64,000 nt of DNA from Thermoanaerobaculia bacterium (GTDB lineage: Bacteria > Acidobacteriota > Thermoanaerobaculia > UBA5066), in contig CAWFJJ010000001.1 of NCBI GenBank assembly GCA_963816185.1, positions 544,001 to 608,000 on the forward strand. The letters are read 5' to 3'. Each line of letters starts with the position of its first letter. Position 1 is the stretch's first letter. Below are positions 60,315 through 64,000 of the stretch, piece after piece. The notes beneath the pieces were generated by a model. The model was not told the DNA's origin and did not search any database. It saw nothing but the letters and a program-made list of their open reading frames with translations. The translations under genes and the position numbers were made by a program.

Positions 60315-60716
60315 CTAGGGGCGTGGTGAACCGTACCCGAGGATCGCGGCGGCTTTCTCGCGGGCCTCGCGCTCGACGCCTTCGCAGACGATCGAGCAGA
60401 TCTTCAGGAGCGTCGGATCGGCGATGCGATAGACGGTTCGAGTGCCGTCCTTGTGCCTGTCCACGAGCGCGGAGCCGTGCAGGACCGCGAGGTGCTTGCT
60501 CACGTTCGCCTGAGTGCCGCCGACGTCGTCGAGGATCTCGCCGACGGAGGCCTCCCCTCGCGCGAGATGCCTCAGGATCTTGATGCGCATCGGCTCGGAG
60601 AGCGCGCGGAAGCGGACCGCGACCTCCTCGCAGCCGGCGTCCGTCGCGGGCAGCGAGGCGTCCGCCGCCGCGCAGCCGCCGGAGCGGGGCCCGCCGGGCC
60701 CCGGAGTCAGCCTCAC
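60315..60716 (-). CDS. ArsR/SmtB family repressor (copy 2); start uncertain
   Basis: Core nearly identical to copy 1. The aligned ATG reads GCG, so the nearest starts are GTG 60716 or CTG 60710. Confidence 0.82.
   Translation of the reverse strand: MRLTPGPGGPRSGGCAAADASLPATDAGCEEVAVRFRALSEPMRIKILRHLARGEASVGEILDDVGGTQANVSKHLAVLHGSALVDRHKDGTRTVYRIADPTLLKICSIVCEGVEREAREKAAAILGYGSPRP
60685..60703 (-). promoter_or_regulatory. Candidate SECIS hairpin CGGGGCCC-GGC-GGGCCCCG
   Basis: Perfect 8-bp stem 9 nt after the FmdB UGA. Same CC-GGC-GG apex as the hairpin at 52669-52687. Confidence 0.45.
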
Positions 60717-60919
60717 GTGAATCGGCGGGGGCCGGGCCCGCACGAGCCTCCTCCGCCGCTCCCGGCGGACGAACCGCCGGACGCGAAGCGCGAGACGAGC
60801 TTCTCGACCTCCTCGCTTCCGCACTCGGGGCAGGTCACCCCGAGGCCGTCGAGGCCGGCGGCGACAAGCTCTTCGAACGTCGCGCCGCATTCTTCACACG
60901 TGAACTCGTAGAGGGGCAC
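60713..60919 (-). CDS. FmdB-family zinc-ribbon protein (possibly extends through Sec-Gly to 60707)
   Basis: MPLYEFTCEECG...CPECGS..EKLVSRF, ending SCGPGPRRFT-UGA-GGC-UGA. Confidence 0.88.
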   Translation of the reverse strand: MPLYEFTCEECGATFEELVAAGLDGLGVTCPECGSEEVEKLVSRFASGGSSAGSGGGGSCGPGPRRFT

Positions 60920-60929
60920 AGGATCCTCC

Positions 60930-61211
60930 TCAGGCGTCCCAGGACTCGAGGGCCCAGGTGATGACGTGGGGACAGGGCGGGGCGCCCGGCAGCGCCTTGA
61001 GCATCGCGCGCAGCTTCGGGACGTCCTCGTCCGCGACGAAGGACATGATGATCGTCGACGTCTTCGGGAACGCCGCCGAGCCGAGGTGGCGACCCGACGA
61101 GCCGACGCCGCGGGCGTCGACCTCCGTGTAGCCGGTCACGCCGGCGCGCTCGAGGGCGATCTCGACGTCCTCGCGACAGGCGGTGCCGGCGAGGACCATG
61201 AGCATCTTCAC
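60930..61211 (-). CDS. PII-like transporter-associated protein
   Basis: GTG overlaps the RND stop. GVTGYTEVDARGVGSSGRHLGSAAFP resembles a PII T-loop region; 93 aa. Confidence 0.72.
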   Translation of the reverse strand: MKMLMVLAGTACREDVEIALERAGVTGYTEVDARGVGSSGRHLGSAAFPKTSTIIMSFVADEDVPKLRAMLKALPGAPPCPHVITWALESWDA

Positions 61212-64000
61212 GCTTCTTCCTCCTCCGCCGGCGGGACGCCCGCGGTCTTGAGATACATGAAATAAAGGAGAGGGATCACGATGAGCGTCAGGGCGGTCGC
61301 GACGACGACGCCCGAGATGAGCGCGACGGCGAGGCCCTGAAAGATCGGGTCGAGGAGGATGACGGCGCCGCCCGCGACGAGCGCGAGGGCCGTCAGGACG
61401 ATCGGCCGGAAGCGCACCGCGCCCGCCTTCAGGACGGCCTCCTCGAGGGGCTCGCCGGCCGCGAGCTCGAGATTCACGAAATCCACGAGGAGGATCGAGT
61501 TCCTCACGATGATCCCCGCGAGCGCGATGAAGCCGATCATCGACGTCGCCGTGAAGAACACGCCGAAGAGCGCATGCGCGGGCAGGATCCCGATGAGCGT
61601 GAGCGGGATCGGCGCCATGATGATGAGGGGCGTCACGAACGAGCGGAACCACCCGACGACGAGGACATAGATGAGGACGAGGACGGCTGCGAAGGCGATC
61701 CCCATGTCCCGGAAGACCTCGTACGTGATGTGCCACTCGCCGTCCCATTTCATCGCGTAGCGGTTCGAGTCGGTCGGGAGCGTCGTCGAGAGGACCTCGA
61801 GGGGCCGGCCGTCGGGCGCCTTCAGCGCCGCGATGCGGCTCTTCATGTCGAGGATGCCGTACACGGGAGCCTCGGCCACCCCGGCCATCTCGGCGAGCAC
61901 ATACGTCACGGGCTGCAGGTTCTTGTGGTAGATGAAGGGCGCGCGGACGCCGTTCTGGACGGTCACGAGCTCGCGGACCGGGACGAGCGCCCCCGTCGCG
62001 GACGGCACGGTCGTCGCGAGGAGCCCCTCGAGGCCGGAGCGCTGCGCGCGCTCGAGCCGCAGGACGATCGGCACGCCCTCGCGGGCGGCGTCCACGTGGA
62101 GAAGGCCCGCGTCCATCCCGTCGAGCGCGATCCGGAGAGTCTTGACGACGACCTCGGGCGTCACGCCGCTCCGCATCGCCTTCTCGCGGTCCACGGCGAG
62201 CTCGACCTTCGGGGCCGGGTCCTCGACGAGCCAGTCGGTGTCGACGACGCCCGGCGTGGACTCGAAGATGCCGCGGACCTGCTTCGCGAGCGCGATGCGG
62301 CGGACCGGGTCGGGGCCGTAGATCTCGGCGACCATCGTGGAGAGCACCGGCGGCCCAGGCGGCACTTCGGTGACCTTGACGTTCGCCCCGAGGCGTCTTG
62401 CGGCCGGCGTGATCAGGTTCCGGATCGCCTTGGCGATCGTATGGCTGTCCGTGCCGCGTTCGCCCTTGGGCGCGAGGTTCACCTGCAGGTCTGCGACGAG
62501 CGGGCCGGACCTCAAAAAGTAGTGCCTCACGAGGCCGTTGAAGTTGAACGGGGCCGACGTGCCGGCGTAGACCTCGACGTCCGCGACCTCGGGCCGGGTC
62601 TTCACGAGGACGGCGAGCTCGCGCGCAGCCGCGGCCGTCGCCTCGAGCGTCGTTCCCTCGGGCATGTCGACGACGACCTGCAGCTCGCTCTTGTTGTCGT
62701 ACGGGAGCATCTTGACCTTCACGGCCCGCACGACGAAGAGTCCGCAGGACAGCAGCAACAGCACGACGACGCCGCCGAGGAGAGCCCAGCGACGCCGTGT
62801 GTGCGCGAGAAGCGGCGCGAAGAGCCTCCGGTAGAGGCGGACGACGCGGTCTTCGGCGGGAGGCTCGTCGTCCAGGGCGCCGGGCGCGAAGTGCTCCTCG
62901 CCCTTCAGGTGCGCTTCGGCGAACTTGCGGAAGAGCCGGAACGTAAGCCACGGCGACACGACGAACGCCACGAGCAGCGAGAAGACCATCGCGGCCGAGG
63001 CGTTCACGGGGATCGGGCGCATGTACGGGCCCATGAGGCCCGACACGAACGCGAGCGGCAGGAGCGCCGCGACGACCGCGAACGTCGCGAGGATCGTCGG
63101 ATTGCCGACCTCGTCGACCGCGTAGACGGTCGCGAGGCGCGGCTCGCCCCAGCCGAGCTCGTAATGGCGGTGGACGTTCTCGACGACGACGATCGCGTCG
63201 TCGACGAGGATGCCGATCGCGAAGATGAGGGCGAAGAGCGTGACGCGGTTCAGCGTGTAGCCGAAGAGGTACGACGAGAAGAGCGTCAAGGCGAGCGTCG
63301 CTGGGACCGCGACGAGGACGACGACGGCCTCGCGGCGCCCGAGGAAGAGCGCCATCAGGATCACGACGGAGAGCGTCGCGAGCCCGACGTGGAAGATCAG
63401 CTCCGACGACTTCTCGTCGGCCGTCTTGCCGTAGTCGCGCGTCTTCGTGACGGTCACGTTGGACGGGATGACGGGGCCCTTGAGGCGCTCGAGGCGCGCG
63501 TCCAGCTCCTTGACGAGCGTGACGGCGTTCGTACCGGGCTTCTTCGCGACGGCGAGCGTCACCGCGGGGGCTTCTTCCCCGGCCTTCGTGAACATCCAGA
63601 CGTACTGGGTGGGCTCCTCGGGACCGTCCGCCACGGCCGCGACGTCCTTCAGCCATACAGGCTTGCCGTTCGCGACGCCGATCACGGCGAGGCCGACGTC
63701 CTGGGCGCGCCGGAAGAGCGAACCGACCTCGACGGGCACCTCCGCGTTGCCGGCGACGAAGCTGCCGGCCGGGAGCCGCCAGTTGAGCCCCGAAAGGGCC
63801 TGATGGGCCTGGACGAGCGAGACTCCGTAGGCGGCGAGGCGGTCGCGATCGAAGGTGACGTTGACGACCCGGCGCTGCCCGCCGAGGACCGTCACCTGCG
63901 CGACGCGCGGGTGCCGGGCAAAGTCGGCCTTGACCTCGTCGGCAATCTGCCGGAGCTGCATCGGCGTGGCGTCCTTCGAAAAGAGCGTGTACGCGGCGAC
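61208..64000 (-). CDS. RND efflux transporter permease (AcrB/CusA family; 5' partial)
   Basis: AKKPGTNAV, LNRVTLFALIFAIGILVDDAIVVVEN, GFIALAGIIVRNSILLVDF and RFRPIVLT. Confidence 0.95.
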   Translation of the reverse strand, partial: VAAYTLFSKDATPMQLRQIADEVKADFARHPRVAQVTVLGGQRRVVNVTFDRDRLAAYGVSLVQAHQALSGLNWRLPAGSFVAGNAEVPVEVGSLFRRAQDVGLAVIGVANGKPVWLKDVAAVADGPEEPTQYVWMFTKAGEEAPAVTLAVAKKPGTNAVTLVKELDARLERLKGPVIPSNVTVTKTRDYGKTADEKSSELIFHVGLATLSVVILMALFLGRREAVVVLVAVPATLALTLFSSYLFGYTLNRVTLFALIFAIGILVDDAIVVVENVHRHYELGWGEPRLATVYAVDEVGNPTILATFAVVAALLPLAFVSGLMGPYMRPIPVNASAAMVFSLLVAFVVSPWLTFRLFRKFAEAHLKGEEHFAPGALDDEPPAEDRVVRLYRRLFAPLLAHTRRRWALLGGVVVLLLLSCGLFVVRAVKVKMLPYDNKSELQVVVDMPEGTTLEATAAAARELAVLVKTRPEVADVEVYAGTSAPFNFNGLVRHYFLRSGPLVADLQVNLAPKGERGTDSHTIAKAIRNLITPAARRLGANVKVTEVPPGPPVLSTMVAEIYGPDPVRRIALAKQVRGIFESTPGVVDTDWLVEDPAPKVELAVDREKAMRSGVTPEVVVKTLRIALDGMDAGLLHVDAAREGVPIVLRLERAQRSGLEGLLATTVPSATGALVPVRELVTVQNGVRAPFIYHKNLQPVTYVLAEMAGVAEAPVYGILDMKSRIAALKAPDGRPLEVLSTTLPTDSNRYAMKWDGEWHITYEVFRDMGIAFAAVLVLIYVLVVGWFRSFVTPLIIMAPIPLTLIGILPAHALFGVFFTATSMIGFIALAGIIVRNSILLVDFVNLELAAGEPLEEAVLKAGAVRFRPIVLTALALVAGGAVILLDPIFQGLAVALISGVVVATALTLIVIPLLYFMYLKTAGVPPAEEEEA

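Overview
Very GC-rich bacterial DNA. The GWxTD/VWA fusion and the YCGCCP-type rhodanese suggest Acidobacteriota, possibly Thermoanaerobaculia; this is an inference only. Bases 1-30100 hold housekeeping and envelope genes: a class-V aminotransferase, a GT-C glycosyltransferase, carB followed by two O-antigen-ligase-like genes and a degenerate M23 protein, a ComEA-like protein, aspartokinase-thrB-thrC, an IscS-like desulfurase, GWxTD-VWA, maf, ade, an ECF sigma/anti-sigma/Spy set, a parC-like gene and ispH. Bases ~30200-64000 form a ~34 kb sulfur/selenium redox island. It contains two paralogous sigma-54 activators flanking a Rieske/cytochrome b/11-heme cytochrome module, and divergent operons for an octaheme tetrathionate-reductase-like enzyme and a PsrABC-like molybdoenzyme, each with YeeE/YedE transporters. 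It also has a FadL channel, a P3A-type H+-ATPase, TlpA, a rhodanese, a methyltransferase-DUF6125-like fusion, a two-component system, PLP sulfur enzymes, duplicated ArsR repressors, FmdB, a PII-like protein and an RND pump. Best novel leads: (1) a small membrane ORF missing from the ORF track (52608-52793, minus strand) and the FmdB gene each have an in-frame UGA followed by an 8-bp hairpin with the same CC-GGC-GG apex, making them candidate selenoproteins with a shared SECIS; (2) a dispersed TCTAAGAAAT/pyrimidine-tract DNA motif lies inside unrelated genes in different reading frames; (3) two YeeE-rhodanese fusions end in SoxY-like GGC tails; (4) many genes appear leaderless and some appear to start at a coupled CTG. 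Bases ~35400-40330 are dense in indels, probably assembly errors. No rRNA, tRNA, CRISPR array or transposase was recognised.
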